This document shows, piece by piece, positions 52,194 to 64,000 of a DNA stretch of 64,000 bases. This DNA is from Spizellomyces punctatus DAOM BR117 (lineage: Eukaryota): assembly GCA_000182565.2 (NCBI GenBank), contig KQ257455.1; one strand, 5' to 3'. The notes under the pieces were generated by a model. The model saw only the letters and a list, made by a program, of their open reading frames with translations, was not told the DNA's origin and did not search any database. The number at the start of each line of letters is the position of its first letter. Position 1 is the first letter of the stretch. A program made the position numbers and the translations under genes.

Positions 52194-53656
52194 TTAAGTG
52201 CAGAATGCCCGGTAGGAAGTGAAAGGACCATCTCCCAGCCCCGTCAAGGTGACAGCCACGCCTGCACTGATGAAAAACACGTAGCCTGCTTTTGCATCCA
52301 AAACAGTCTTGGTCCCAGTGTTGCTATACTCAATCTTTCCGTTTCCCTCCGTGACGATCAACACGCTCGGTCCCGCGATACCTTCTACTGTTTCTTGTTC
52401 TTTCTCAAGCCGGGTGCGCAGAATCGAAAACTCTTGGATAGGGGGATCGTACAAAGTTGTGTTCTTGAGGCCTTTGTATGGGTCTCCGTGCAGAATCTGG
52501 GCATCAGCCGGACCGTAGTTGTAGGTTAGGCATTTGACGAGGGTATCCACATCCTTGAACTTTGGTGTCAATCCCGAACGAATCACATTGTCGGATGCAG
52601 CCATGCACTCCACGCAATCTGCACCGGAGCGGTAAATCAAAAAGAAGTTCAGATATCACCATTGAAAATTAAGCTTACCCCCGGAAAGGTACGCATGTGG
52701 CTCATTGGCGGCCAAAAAGATTGATTCGCCGGGGCTCAGCTTGACATGATTTAGTAAAAATGCGCAAAATACACCAACGTCTTTGGGAAACTGTTCATTC
52801 AGACGGTAAACCAGTTCAAACAATCCTCCTTTGGTGTTTAGTCCATCGGCTTGTATTCTGGTTATCAATTTGTCCAGTTGTTCATGGAGCGCTTTTTCGT
52901 CGCTCTCCATCAATGTTTTGAACAGGAGCTTCAAAACATCCTTGTTGGCCGCGAGATCTTTGGCATCAGTTGATTCACCCGCTTTATCCACTTGCACTTC
53001 GAATTGTTTGGATACGGCATCACCGATCAGGTCCCGGAATTCGGGAAATTGAGTGAGATTGGCCTTGATTTCTTTCAAAGGGCGGAAGTTGATGAATGCT
53101 TCAAAAGGGGTGAGGGCAATGGCCTAACAAAATGCATTCATCGTCAGTCAACAAAGTCGCATTCGTTGCTCTATGGTCTCTGTACCATTTCAGGCTTGTG
53201 GTTTGGGTCCTTGTAAATATCAGGGAACCTTGCATGCAGGTCGCCTGCCAATTTCTTATCCGGATGCGCTTGGATGGACAACGCCTTTCTGATGGACAAG
53301 ACTTTGAACAGGAAGGGAAGGTCGCCGCTGTATTCTTGGTGTAGCTTTTCAGTCAAGTTTGTTGCGTTCAATATCGTCTTGAGAGGGGTATCTGTGTCGA
53401 AGACTTTTGAAGGCCCGTTGGGGTGGGTTCCCATCCAAAGCTATTTACCAATATTTTGTTGGACTGTAAACCCGATTTGTATGATTCGCATGCTGTCTCA
53501 AACGAAGCCTACCTCTGCATACGGCGTGTTTTCCTTTGCGGCAAACTCTGGCGAAGCAGCCGCAAGCTCCGCGACTTTGCTGTCCTTTCCTAGCTTTCCC
53601 CAATCATATGATTGACTTTTGCAATCCAGACGGATGATGGGCGCGTGTGCAGTCAT
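52194..53656 (-). CDS. PMI40: Mannose-6-phosphate isomerase, class I
   Basis: QSYDWGK, PYAE|LWMGTHPNGPS, LPFLFKVLSIRKALSIQAHPDK, YKDPNHKPEM, LAANEPHAYLSG|DCVECMAASDNVIRSGLTPK. Confidence 0.96.
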
Positions 53657-54264
53657 TTCAAGGACGTAGTGACTGGTTGAAACGTTTTAGATGGGTTGAT
53701 GAATGTGGTTTTCTCCTTTTTACTGGCTTAGGCTGACTGTCAACAGCGCGGCGGATGCGCCCCGACAGCGCTGCTTATCCAGGTGGCCACGTTGCTCATT
53801 TAGCCTTTTTGGGTTTGCCTATGAGATACATTGTCAAAGGTGATCCGCCCCAAAAGGATTATATCATAACCACGTGCGGAAGATGCTGTGCTGGTTGATC
53901 CTTGAACGAAAACTGTAAACTTTTGTCTTTTGTCACTTAAGTTTTGGTCGCAGCACTTTGCATTAGCTGAGAATTTCCACAAGCTGTGGAGTGGAGGACT
54001 TATTTTGAACATGATGCCCACGATCATTACCAACAACTTTGAAGCCAAAGAAAGTGCTTATAGCTGTTGCATTGCTAATATTCCGGGGTCCATTCGAATC
54101 TTTGAAGAACATAGCGATTGTCGTATCGGGCTATTCCCAACGTTTAGACGCTTTACGCGCAGGATGTGATCGAGGGATCCAGCTGGGATGGCGTAAGCAG
54201 TGTTGGACGCGTCCTCACGCAGTGATCCAAATCATTCTCATCTGAATATTTAACAGTCACCACC

Positions 54265-57057
54265 ATGTACGGTATGTTTTGCAGATGGCAGTGACGCAAA
54301 ACGCCAATCTCATTTTTCATAATGGCATCTAACGATTCAATGTGAACTTGTTCAGGTCGACCGCCAACAGGATCGCTTGCAAACCGTCCAAGTAGCCGCG
54401 CCGGGTCAACAACATGTAAGTGAAAACATATTAGGACTGCGACTTGCTCATGGAGATATGTATATGATTAACCTTTGGATAATAGCATGGGGAAGAGGCG
54501 GCGCTGCGGCGGGAGGAGCCCCAGCTCCTCCGCGAACTGGTACGATCTGCATGTTTTGATTTTGATGGCAGGAGCTCATCACGTATTAATTGAAGGTGCG
54601 ACGAGGGCGGGTGTACCTGGAACCGCGCGACCCACGACAGCGATGAGAGGAGCATTTGGTTTCCAGGTGGTTGACCGGCCAATGACTCAACAGGGCCTGG
54701 GAGGCATGCGTACCGGCGTCCAAGGTACATACATAACTACATGACCAGACTATTCCTAGCAGCTTCACGCTAAAGTTCCCTGGCTGACGCACTAAAGTGT
54801 AGGGCCTGGTCGTATGGTGCAAGACATTACGTTCTTCCAAAGCGAACTTCGGCAAAAGATAACTCTACTGAACAATGAGGTCAAGCGGCTATGTGCGGAA
54901 TACGATACATTGAACAAGGAGAATGCCAATAGTGCCGCATTTGAGAAGAGGTATGCAATTGCCGAATAGGTCAACTTGCTGGATCCAGCAACGGTCTAAC
55001 GTTACTAGAGCCGACATGCTGGCGGAGGAATTACGCGATCTGCAGGGTCAATTAGGAGACTTTAACACACTTGTCGACAAGCTTCACACGGACACCGATC
55101 TGGAAGACATTGAACGACATTACAACCAGCTCAAAGCAAAGAACGAGCGGGAATCTCAGGTGTTAGATGAAGTCTTCATGGAAAGACAACAGTGAGTGTC
55201 ATGGAGTTTGGGCGGTGGGCACATGAAGAAAGACAAAAGTTAACACACCCATTTCCGTAATCAGACGGGAAGCGGCAACCAGGGAGCTGGAGAACCAAAT
55301 AGAAGAAGAACGACGCCGGACAGAGGAACAAATCAATGATCTGGTTCGTCAATCATGAAGTCGTAACCGTCAAAGTCTTGATATTGAAATTGAATCCTGA
55401 TTCTCCAAAGGATGATGCTCGTCGAGCACAATATTACGACCTTAAAGAACAAAACTTCAGATATCAAGAGGAGATTGCACGAAGGCAGCTGGAGCTTGAT
55501 GAGCTCAGCAAACAGACGACGGCGTTACAAGAGGTATGTGAGCGCCCCATCTCAGCGTAGTTGGATAACGACAATGATGGCGATAAAGGCTCAAATCATC
55601 CGATGGCTCATGATCGTTGCGTATAGGACTTGCGACAAGATCCAATCAAGAAACGAGCTCTAGCACTGAACGAGAAAGTGAACGAGTTGCGCACAAAGAA
55701 GCAAGAGATGGAGGAATCACTTAAGGCTTTGGAATCAGAATCTGGACCACAGGAGAAGAGCAGACTACTGCAGCAGGTAATTAATTTTGCGCGATCCAAG
55801 GCTTTTTTATGCGCAACGAACCCACTTTTTGGTTGACCAGGTCAAAGAAGATAACCAGGAAACATCTGCTATGGAGCGCAAAATTTTGGAGTTCGAAGAA
55901 CAAGCTCAAAAGATGAAGGAACAGCTCTCTGAATTGGACATGGAAATAGATTCCAATCAGGGTATGCGAAGCACCGCGTGCATTTCCGACACTCCTTGTT
56001 CACTTATATATGCGCTCGATTCTGACACAGCCGAGAAGAATGCTAAATACGAGGAGCTTCTTAAGCGCGACCGGGACATGCAGAACTTCATTGATAACTT
56101 TGAGGATCGGAAAAAAGACGCCGAGGAACGCAACAGCCAGACTGAAAAGAACATCGTAACGTTGCTGGACCATATTCGGGTAAAATCGCACGACAGCAGG
56201 GTTGCATCAGTTTTGCCATACTCCAGCTTGACGTTCTTTCTTAATCAGTCGCTCTCTAAACACGAGCAATTGCCGTCACCAGAAGGATTTCAAGATTTGC
56301 AAGGCGATTTAAAGTTTAAAGAGAAGGAAATGCGGAATTCCGAGAACACAATGGAGGCTTTGGTCCAAGGTTGGAGCTGCTGAAGTTATTGTAGCATCAA
56401 GTGTACTTTCTCTGATGTTGATATGGGGCACATTAGAACGGGATCGACGTCTTCAGGACCTGGAAAAAGTCAACCAACTTGAAACCAAGATGGCGGCCGA
56501 GCTGGAGCAACTTCGAGTTAAAATGGAGGGGCTCAAGAACGACCTTATCAAAGTCTCTGATATCGAAAGTGTGAAGAAAGAAGTTGAGGAGACAAAGGCT
56601 GTATGTTTCCTTGTCCAGGAACTCGTCGAACTTTTTCAGACCCACAAATTGACAACTTTACTTGCATCAGCGCAATTCATCGGAGCGCGAGCAGCTGCTT
56701 ACACTGCGAGATACACTCCGATATCAGGTGCAACACACGCTTTCTGCCAAGCACGAGGCGAAAAAGACGTCCTTGCACGAAAATGAGACGGCTGCACACC
56801 TGGCAGCTATGGAGCAACGTTTAAGGCATATTGAGGGAACCAATTTCCATTTGAAAGAGTGTAAGTTTTTATGGCAAGATGTGGGAGACATTACAAAGCA
56901 CGTTCAGCGGATTGACATGGCGAATCATTTCTTTTTAGATATAAGCTCAAAGCTCGCTGAAAGTGATTACAAGCCCGTTGCAAAGCAGGTGTCCGCCCTG
57001 ATGGAGGAAGTTAACCAACAGATTTTGAAAATAATGTCAGTTGCGCCAGCGCGGTGA
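54265..57057 (+). CDS. IFT74: Intraflagellar transport protein 74/72
   Basis: RPPTG..RP-rich N-terminus, VVDRPMTQQGLGGMRTG..GPGRMVQD, AEELRDLQGQLGDFNTLVDKL, LLQQVKEDNQETSAMER, KYEELLKRDRDMQNFIDNF; long coiled coil; many introns. Confidence 0.9.
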
Positions 57058-57344
57058 AAGGAATAACTATGTTTAACCAACACAATAATCATGAAAGTAG
57101 AAGTAATTTAGAGGTGTTACAACTTTGTAGAGATCGCTTTCTTTGTTTACCCACCCTCAACACGTGACTAATCACCCCAGCCCAAAGTTTTGAGGCATGG
57201 CGTGACGGCCATAACGTCTCCCTAGCCAAAACACCCCACAAGTTCATTCCCCACACACACCTCGGCGTTGCAGAGGGGAATCAATTGAAGCCTCTCATCG
57301 GACACCCTTTTGACAGTTGGTGCTGTCACTGCAACCAGATCGTA

Positions 57345-59524
57345 ATGCCTGCTGCAAAGCTTCCCGATCCTTGCAATAGTCTTGGAGGCCTGAGTGAGTT
57401 TTTTGGGCTTCCTAGCCAATAGCATATCAGTTTGACACAAGTTGACATGACCATAAAATAGCACCCAAATCTGTATTGCCGGCGGGAGCAGCAGCAGATC
57501 CTCGTCCTTTAACTCCTGAGAGCGAGGATATTGATGAGGGTTATGATGAAGACTTCCCCGACGATTTCCCCTTCTGGTATGGAGGAGCTAGTGGAGTGCA
57601 GCGGATAGGGGCCACACGCAAGGCCTCGGTGGATGCGGCGCCGTGCCCTGAAAACGAACATGAAGGAAGGGAGGAAGAGCATGATGGTGGTGAATACGAG
57701 CACGGAGAACCAAGGGAACGCCGCTCTTCATATCACGATCATGATTCAGTCCTCCACTATTTTGTTGCTACTAGTCAAAGTGAAAATAAACTCGATCGCT
57801 ACCTAAGCAACATCATTGAAGCCTTTTTGAACGAACCAGCTCCGATATACGCTACTCAGCCTGACACCCCAGAATCTATGCGCGCTCGCTTCGTTCAATC
57901 TGAGGTACCTCTGCGTTCAAAGGCGGCCGGACAGATTGGAGTAGCATCCGCAGAAGAATATTTGCGGACAGTCAAGTCCAACGTCATTGACCGAGCGACT
58001 CGAGTCTCATCTCCCAAAATGATTGGGCACATGACAACCGCGCTACCTTATTTCCATCGGCCGCTTGCACGTCTTTTGGCCGCCATGAATCAGAACGTGG
58101 TGAAGCTCGAAACGGCGTCAACCATGACGTACCTTGAGCGCCAGACAGTTGCGATGCTTCATCGCGAGTTTTATAATAATCCGTCATCCTTCTATGAGGC
58201 TTACATGCACAGCCCTGAACATTCGCTCGGTGTATTTTGTTCTGGTGGCACAATAGCGAATATCACTGCCATGTGGGCCGCGAGAAATCGAGCACTTCCC
58301 TCAGATCCACAAAATGGCTTCAAAGGGGTGGAGAAGGAAGGATTATTCAAAGCATTGAAACATTATGGCTATGAAGGTGCAGTCATCGTCGGTAGCAGAC
58401 TGATGCATTACTCCTTCAAAAAGGCCGCGGATTTGCTGGGGCTTGGTGATGAAGGGCTGGTAACGATCGATTCTGATGATGCGTTCAGGATGAGGATGGA
58501 CGAGCTTGAAGCCAAACTATCTGAACTCCAAGCCAAGAAGTACCTGATCATTGCAGTAGTTGGGATTGCCGGCACAACAGAAACAGGATCTATAGACCCT
58601 TTAGACCGCATTGCCCTACAATGCCAACGGCAGGGAATTCACTTCCATGTGGATGCTGCATGGGGTGGGCCTCTCATTTTCTCCGCCGAACACCGCCCAA
58701 AGCTTCATGGCATTCACCATGCCGATACCATCACTGTTGATGGTCACAAACAACTCTACACACCCATGGGTCTTGGGTTGCTTCTTTTCCAACATCCCAC
58801 CACCGCGCACGCAATCCGAAAAACTGCAAACTACGTGATACGACACGATTCTCCTGATCTCGGCAAGTTTACTCTTGAAGGCTCCCGACCCGCCATATCT
58901 CTCCATCTTCATGCCAGTTTGCATCTTCTGGGACGGGACGGGCTCGAATGTCTGGTCACGCGAAGTGCGACACTCGCGAGACAAATGAGCGTTAGAATAG
59001 ATACACATCCCAGCTACGCATTTCAAGGCCTCCATCTGCCGGAAACAAACATCTTCTTGTTCAGATACCTGCCCAAAGAACTTCGTGTCAAAGTTCACAC
59101 TGGCGAACCTCTAACAGAGGAAGAAGATGCATCCGTCAGTGATTGTACCAGGCGGGTTCAAGTTGCTTTGGCCTCTGCTGGCACAGAGCCATCAGAAGCA
59201 ACGCAGGAGCCATCGCCACCCACCGGCTTTGTTTCGCGGACACGGGTCAGATTCCACGGCCGTGATGTGGACGCGTTCCGCGTAGTGATCGCCAATCCTC
59301 TGACCAGCTGGGACGATGTGGAGGATGTTCTTCGCAACATGCTCATCATTGGAGCCAAAGTGGAAGCAGAGATTGCGAATGAACGGCGTCCCTTGGTGGC
59401 ACAACACGTACCTACTGTTCAGAAGGTAGATGGAAATGTCAAGGAAGACATTAGCAGATGGAGTGAGCTCCGAGTTCCCCAGAAGGGGGAGAAGATGTGG
59501 GTGGGATGGCCTTTCGATATGTAA
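57345..59524 (+). CDS. Group II PLP-dependent decarboxylase, bacterial PanP (aspartate 1-decarboxylase)-like
   Basis: IGHMTTALPYF, NQNVVKLET, MHSPEHSLGVFCSGGTIANITAMW, EGLFKALKHYGYEG, AGTTETGSIDPL, HVDAAWGG, DGHKQLY (PLP lysine), DLGKFTLEGSR; a single intron (57394-57461) links ATG 57345 in frame. Confidence 0.88.
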
Positions 59525-59778
59525 ACAATGCACAACTTACAGGTGGTTTTGTTACATTGGTCAAGTAACCTAACTTATAGAACTCACGTAGGTAGAGTAG
59601 AGAGAGATGTACATGTAAATAGTGGGGTGGTAGGGTGTGACAGGACAATGATTCAGATGGCTGGATAACTCGTTTCTTGGGTGGAACAGCCACCAATTTG
59701 ATTTGACTCATATGCACAATTGCAAGTAGCCGCTACATACGCCGTCCCAGTACTTATTCTACACAGCCTATACTGACT

Positions 59779-60264
59779 CTACTGCTTTCCTTGGAGCTCT
59801 TTCACAAGCGCCACGTACTGCTTCTGAGCCTCCTCCTTGGACGTACCTAAATGTCAAAATGGAACGGATATTAATGTCACTGTCTCCTTAGCATGTGGGA
59901 AACGTCCTACGCACCCTTCAACTTGGTCCAGGCATCCCACTTTGCCTTTCCTTGGAGGTCAAACATGCCAGGCTTGGCTGTAAAAATAAACACCAGTCAA
60001 AAGACCGCTATTTGGCCACTGGATTACAGATGAAGTAACACCCACTAGTTTCATTGTCACCAACAATAGACTGCTTGAAGAGAGCGTAGAGGCGGAGAAG
60101 TTCGTCGTTGCTGGGTTTGTAGGAAAGGTTCTTGACGTCCTCGGCGGCTTGGATGAATTCAGGCTACGACAATAAACAAGGTGTCAACCAGATCATGACA
60201 TCCACGCGTAGACTGAGGGCTAACCAAGCACACTTACGTTTCCAGTGCTTGCAGGGTCTGCCAT
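59779..60264 (-). CDS. ACB1: Acyl-CoA-binding protein, 4 exons
   Basis: EFIQAAEDVKNLSYKPSNDELLRLYALFKQSIVGDNET|..KPGMFDLQGKAKWDAWTKLK|GTSKEEAQKQYVALVKEL. Confidence 0.95.
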
Positions 60265-60537
60265 TTTTTAAATTGTTATTGCAGTAGAGTATGAAGAGAT
60301 GTGTTGAAGATGCCGAGACGATGAAGCGGCCACCACAGACTTTATATTGGGCTGATGTGCCGGATAAACCGGATAAAGTCTTAATCGCCACTGTTGCAAT
60401 TCCACAGTTGGACTCATTAAATGCAGGTTCGAGCCGCCCTGTTCCGCCACGACAACAAGGCCGTCCAGCTACAAACTTGATCGTTGCGCCAGCAACTGTG
60501 AGGTTTCATTGAAATACTGACATCAGATCCGTGCAAC

Positions 60538-60983
60538 ATGGTACGTTCGCCCTCGCATGGTAACTCTTGTTGTAGGTCTGACTCTGACCCGCTTTCATAG
60601 TCCGACACATCCTCTCCAAGCGTCCCCCCACGTACCGCAGCGGGTCTGCGCCGACGCCAGACTGGTACCGTGGCGAGATCGTCAACGGGAGCACGTCCGG
60701 CTACTAGCGGACCGGGTGGTATGATGAGAATCTACACTGACGACTCACCGGGAATCAAAGTGTAATGTTTACTCGTGCATTTGCGCTTTGGATACGTGGT
60801 TGTTGACGGGGTGTTTGTGATTCCGTGTTTAGTGACCCTGTAGTTGTTCTGGTCGGAAGTTTAACATTCATTGCTTCGGTTTTCATTCTGCATATCGGTA
60901 GGCACATACATGTACCTTTCTTGACAAGAAGGCTCTTTTGCTAAAGTGTTCCTTGTGTACCAGTGGGTAAATACACTCGTTAA
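60538..60983 (+). CDS. SEC61B: Sec61 translocon beta subunit (Sbh1-like), 4 exons; not in the ORF track
   Basis: ATG|SDTSSPSVPPRTAAGLRRRQTG...GGMMRIYTDDSPGIKV|DPVVVLVGSLTFIASVFILHI|VGKYTR* is the Sec61-beta signature; all introns are GT-AG. Confidence 0.93.
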
Positions 60984-61348
60984 CGCTCGCGCCCGGATTG
61001 GTGAACAGAGGGTATGTCAAGTGTTGGAACTACGGAAAATGGAGGATTTGGGGGGATCAATGGATGTATTTCGTAGATTGAGAACCTCAGAAATATGAGT
61101 ATTGCGTGGCCTGGAACTGCCGTCCGCCTAGCCAGATCTTAAATCTTGCCTTGACGTTCCTTGAGTACCGGTTTGACGAGCAATAGGAGTGGGAAAGAAG
61201 CCATCATGTGCTGCCAGCCCCGTGAATTTTCACAAATGAGCTTGCCGATGAAATCCACATGAATTTCTACGATGCAATGTGTAATGTCATTAAAGGGCAA
61301 GTGGTCTACCAAGACTATTCCTATATCAAAACCATTTCTATCAATATC

Positions 61349-62949
61349 CTAAGCACGTTCCAGAATCACAGCAATACCCTGACCACCGCCGATGCATGCC
61401 GAACCAAGGGCGTAACGACCGTTGGTACGCTGGAGTGCGTGAGCCAAGTGCGTCGTGATTCGTGCCCCACTGGCCCCGAGAGGGTGACCCAAAGCGATCG
61501 CACCACCGCTGGTGTTTGTCTTGGCGCGGTCCAAACCAAGCTCTCGCTCAACGGCCAGGAATTGAGCGGCAAAAGCTTCATTGACTTCGATCAAGTCCAT
61601 GTCCTTCAAAGACAGACCAGCTCTCTTCAGAGCACCTTGGATGGCAGGCACGGGACCAATTCCCATGATGTTGGGGTCAACGCCTGTGTAGAACCAGCTG
61701 ACAAGACGAGCAAGGGGCTTCAAGCCGTGCTTCTTCACTGCATCTTCGCCGGCAACGACAAGACTCGCGGCACCGTCGCAGATGCCAGATGCATTACTGC
61801 GTTTGCAAGTTAGACATTGGTGCCATTCTCAAGGATCTCCTTTACAATCTGCTTACCCTGCCGTCACAAGACCGGTGTCCTTGATGAACACTGATGGAAG
61901 TTTTGCTAAACTTTCGAGGGTTGTCTGTGGGCGTGGATGCTCATCGGTGGTAACAGCCTGAACTCCCTTCTTCGTCTTGATCTCCACTGGTGAGATTTCA
62001 GCATTGAAGATGCCGGCTTCGTTGGCTGATGCGTACAAAGACACTTTTAGACATTATCCTTTGAAATCATAACCAAAACTAGCATACCCTTGGCCCATCG
62101 CTGCTGACTTTGAAGAGCAAATTCATCACACTCTTTACGGGTAATACCATATTTCTTTCCAAGGTTTTCGCCAGTGATACCCATGGGAACACGCTGAGGG
62201 AAACTGTCAACCAAGGCATGGGCAAGGGTGTCTTCCAATTTTTGGCTGTGTTTTGCATCCTTATGAGACCACGTACACGGGTACGTCCATGGAAGTAAAG
62301 CACTTACTCTACACCATATCTTGTACCAGACCGAATGTTCCGAAGCGCGTAGGGTGCTTGGGTCATGTTTTCTGTACCACCGGTCAGGACAACATCCGCT
62401 TCTCCCAAGATGATCTCTTGTGCTCCGTTAATGACAGCCTGGAAACCGGATCCACAAAGACGGTTGATTGTCAACGCGGGAGACTCAATGGGAACTTTGG
62501 CCCGATGTCCAACATGGCGGGCAAGATAGGCCGCATCTATATAAAGGGAAGATTTCGCATTGTTTTTAACCTGATCGCTAAACCTTCCATAACACTGGAT
62601 GTATCTGGCTTACCTGCTGAGGTCTGCAGCACGTTGCCGTAAATAACAGAGTCAACCTTGGTACCCTGAGGCAAGTCCTTGATCGCGGCAACAGAAGCTA
62701 ACCCACCAAGCTCGGTAGCGCTCAATTGCGCAAGCTTTCCTCCGAACGCACCAAAAGGCTGCAAAGGTCGATACCAGCGGTTAGTGATAGCTGCAAAGTG
62801 AGCCAAATTCCGTAGAGATACCCACTGTGCGCTTGGCGGCAACTTTATGTGACGAAAAGCAAAGAAGTCAGCGATAATGCAAAGAACGAAATCTCTAGGG
62901 GTACAGTACGAAGCTCACCAATGAAAACGTCTTTGGCGATCTTGGACAT
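61349..62949 (-). CDS. 3-ketoacyl-CoA thiolase (ACAA2-like), multi-exon
   Basis: PFGAFGGKL, TINRLCGSGFQAVINGAQEI, MGITGENL, VTAG|NASGICDGA, EVNEAFAAQ, GGAIALGHPLGASGARI, SACIGGGQG. Confidence 0.94.
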
Positions 62950-63137
62950 GACGATGAGGTTGGTCTGGTGGAGGAAGAGCAGCAAGCGAGGCAGATGGAA
63001 ATTGTCAGCAGCTCGGAAGGACTCGGCGATCATGTGAGTCTGTCCCACCTTGGCTTAGTATTTGTAGATATTAATTTAACCGACCCACGCTCTCGGACGC
63101 GCTTTTGAATTTGCGATTTACTGGACGGACTTTCAAG

Positions 63138-64000
63138 ATGAGCAACGATTCTGAAAAGCCATTTAGTGCACGCCCCGAGTGGGCAGATGTCACGCCCGTG
63201 TCCCAAGATGATGGTCCAAGCCCACTTGTTCCAATTGCCTACTCTTCTGCTTGTAGGTGAACTTTGAACGCTACCGCGGTCCTCACCTAACCAACGTGCA
63301 ACTGTTTAGACTCGGATGCAATGAGTTACTTTCGAGCAATCTTGCAAACCAACGAATATAGTCCTCGCGTACTGGATCTCACTGCCCATATCATTCGCCT
63401 TAATCCCAGTCACTACAGTGTGTGGTCAGTCTCCCTAGTCCGATCTCAAAGGGCTACGGCAAGGGCCTGGCCGCTTTGCTCAAAAACGATCCTCTCAACC
63501 CTATGGATGATTACTCCAGGAAATACCGCCAAGATGCCGTAATTGCGAGGGATGCAGATCTCCTGAAGGAGTTGGAATTTGTGGAAGAGATGGCAGAGGA
63601 CCAGCCAAAAAGCTACCAAACATGGTAAGGATGGTGGGTCACGTTCAACCCCCAGTAATCTGTGCCCACGCGACGAGTGGGCACTAAGGGTAAGTCGAAA
63701 ATTACAGGCACTATCGACAGGCCATAATACGGAAGCTCGGCGATGCGTCGCGGGAAGTGGAATTCATCAATCGAATGCTCCATATTGACTCGAAGAATTA
63801 TCACGCGTGGTCATATCGGTAGGATTACGATACCTCCACAGATATTGCATACCACTTCTCATCAATCAACTTTTATGGCCTGCTCCAGTCAATGGGTCAT
63901 CTCTACCTTCGATTTATGGGATGGAGAAATGGCGGATACCAATCGCTTTCTGGACATGGATGTGCGTAATAACTCTGCGTGGAACCAGCGATATTGGGTG
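63138..64000 (+). CDS. RAM2: Protein farnesyl/geranylgeranyltransferase alpha subunit (partial; runs off the window)
   Basis: [88 protein letters not shown] (PFTA repeats). Confidence 0.93.

Noticed and set aside
60695-60752. ATGATGA...CTGA within a stem, resembling a C/D snoRNA, kink-turn or SECIS
   Set aside because: It is coding sequence of Sec61-beta (GGMMRIYTDDSPG)

Overview
Eukaryotic, intron-rich (mostly ~55-90 nt GT-AG introns), gene-dense DNA. It most likely comes from a flagellated early-diverging fungus (chytrid-like): fungal-type genes (PCS60-like peroxisomal acyl-CoA ligase, sphingolipid C9-methyltransferase, Avt3/4-type transporter) sit next to the intraflagellar transport gene IFT74 and a vinculin homologue. 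I can support about 25 protein-coding genes, including a small Sec61-beta gene absent from the ORF track. There is also one tRNA-Leu(AAG), a decayed Tc1/mariner transposase, a 126-bp MITE-like inverted repeat, a degenerate tandem triplication of the 3' end of a HIG1-domain gene, a microsatellite cluster and one assembly gap. The best leads are: (1) a PLP decarboxylase that closely resembles bacterial PanP aspartate 1-decarboxylase (candidate horizontal transfer), next to ACBP and thiolase; (2) a ~24-kb domain (~22.5-46 kb) with repeated C-rich-to-G-rich switches and homopolymer tracts; (3) the vinculin gene; (4) an uncharacterised GT-A glycosyltransferase; (5) a TATA- and intron-bearing unit that runs into the long hairpin. 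All family calls come from motifs recognised by eye and from memory; no database search was run, and exon boundaries were placed by hand.
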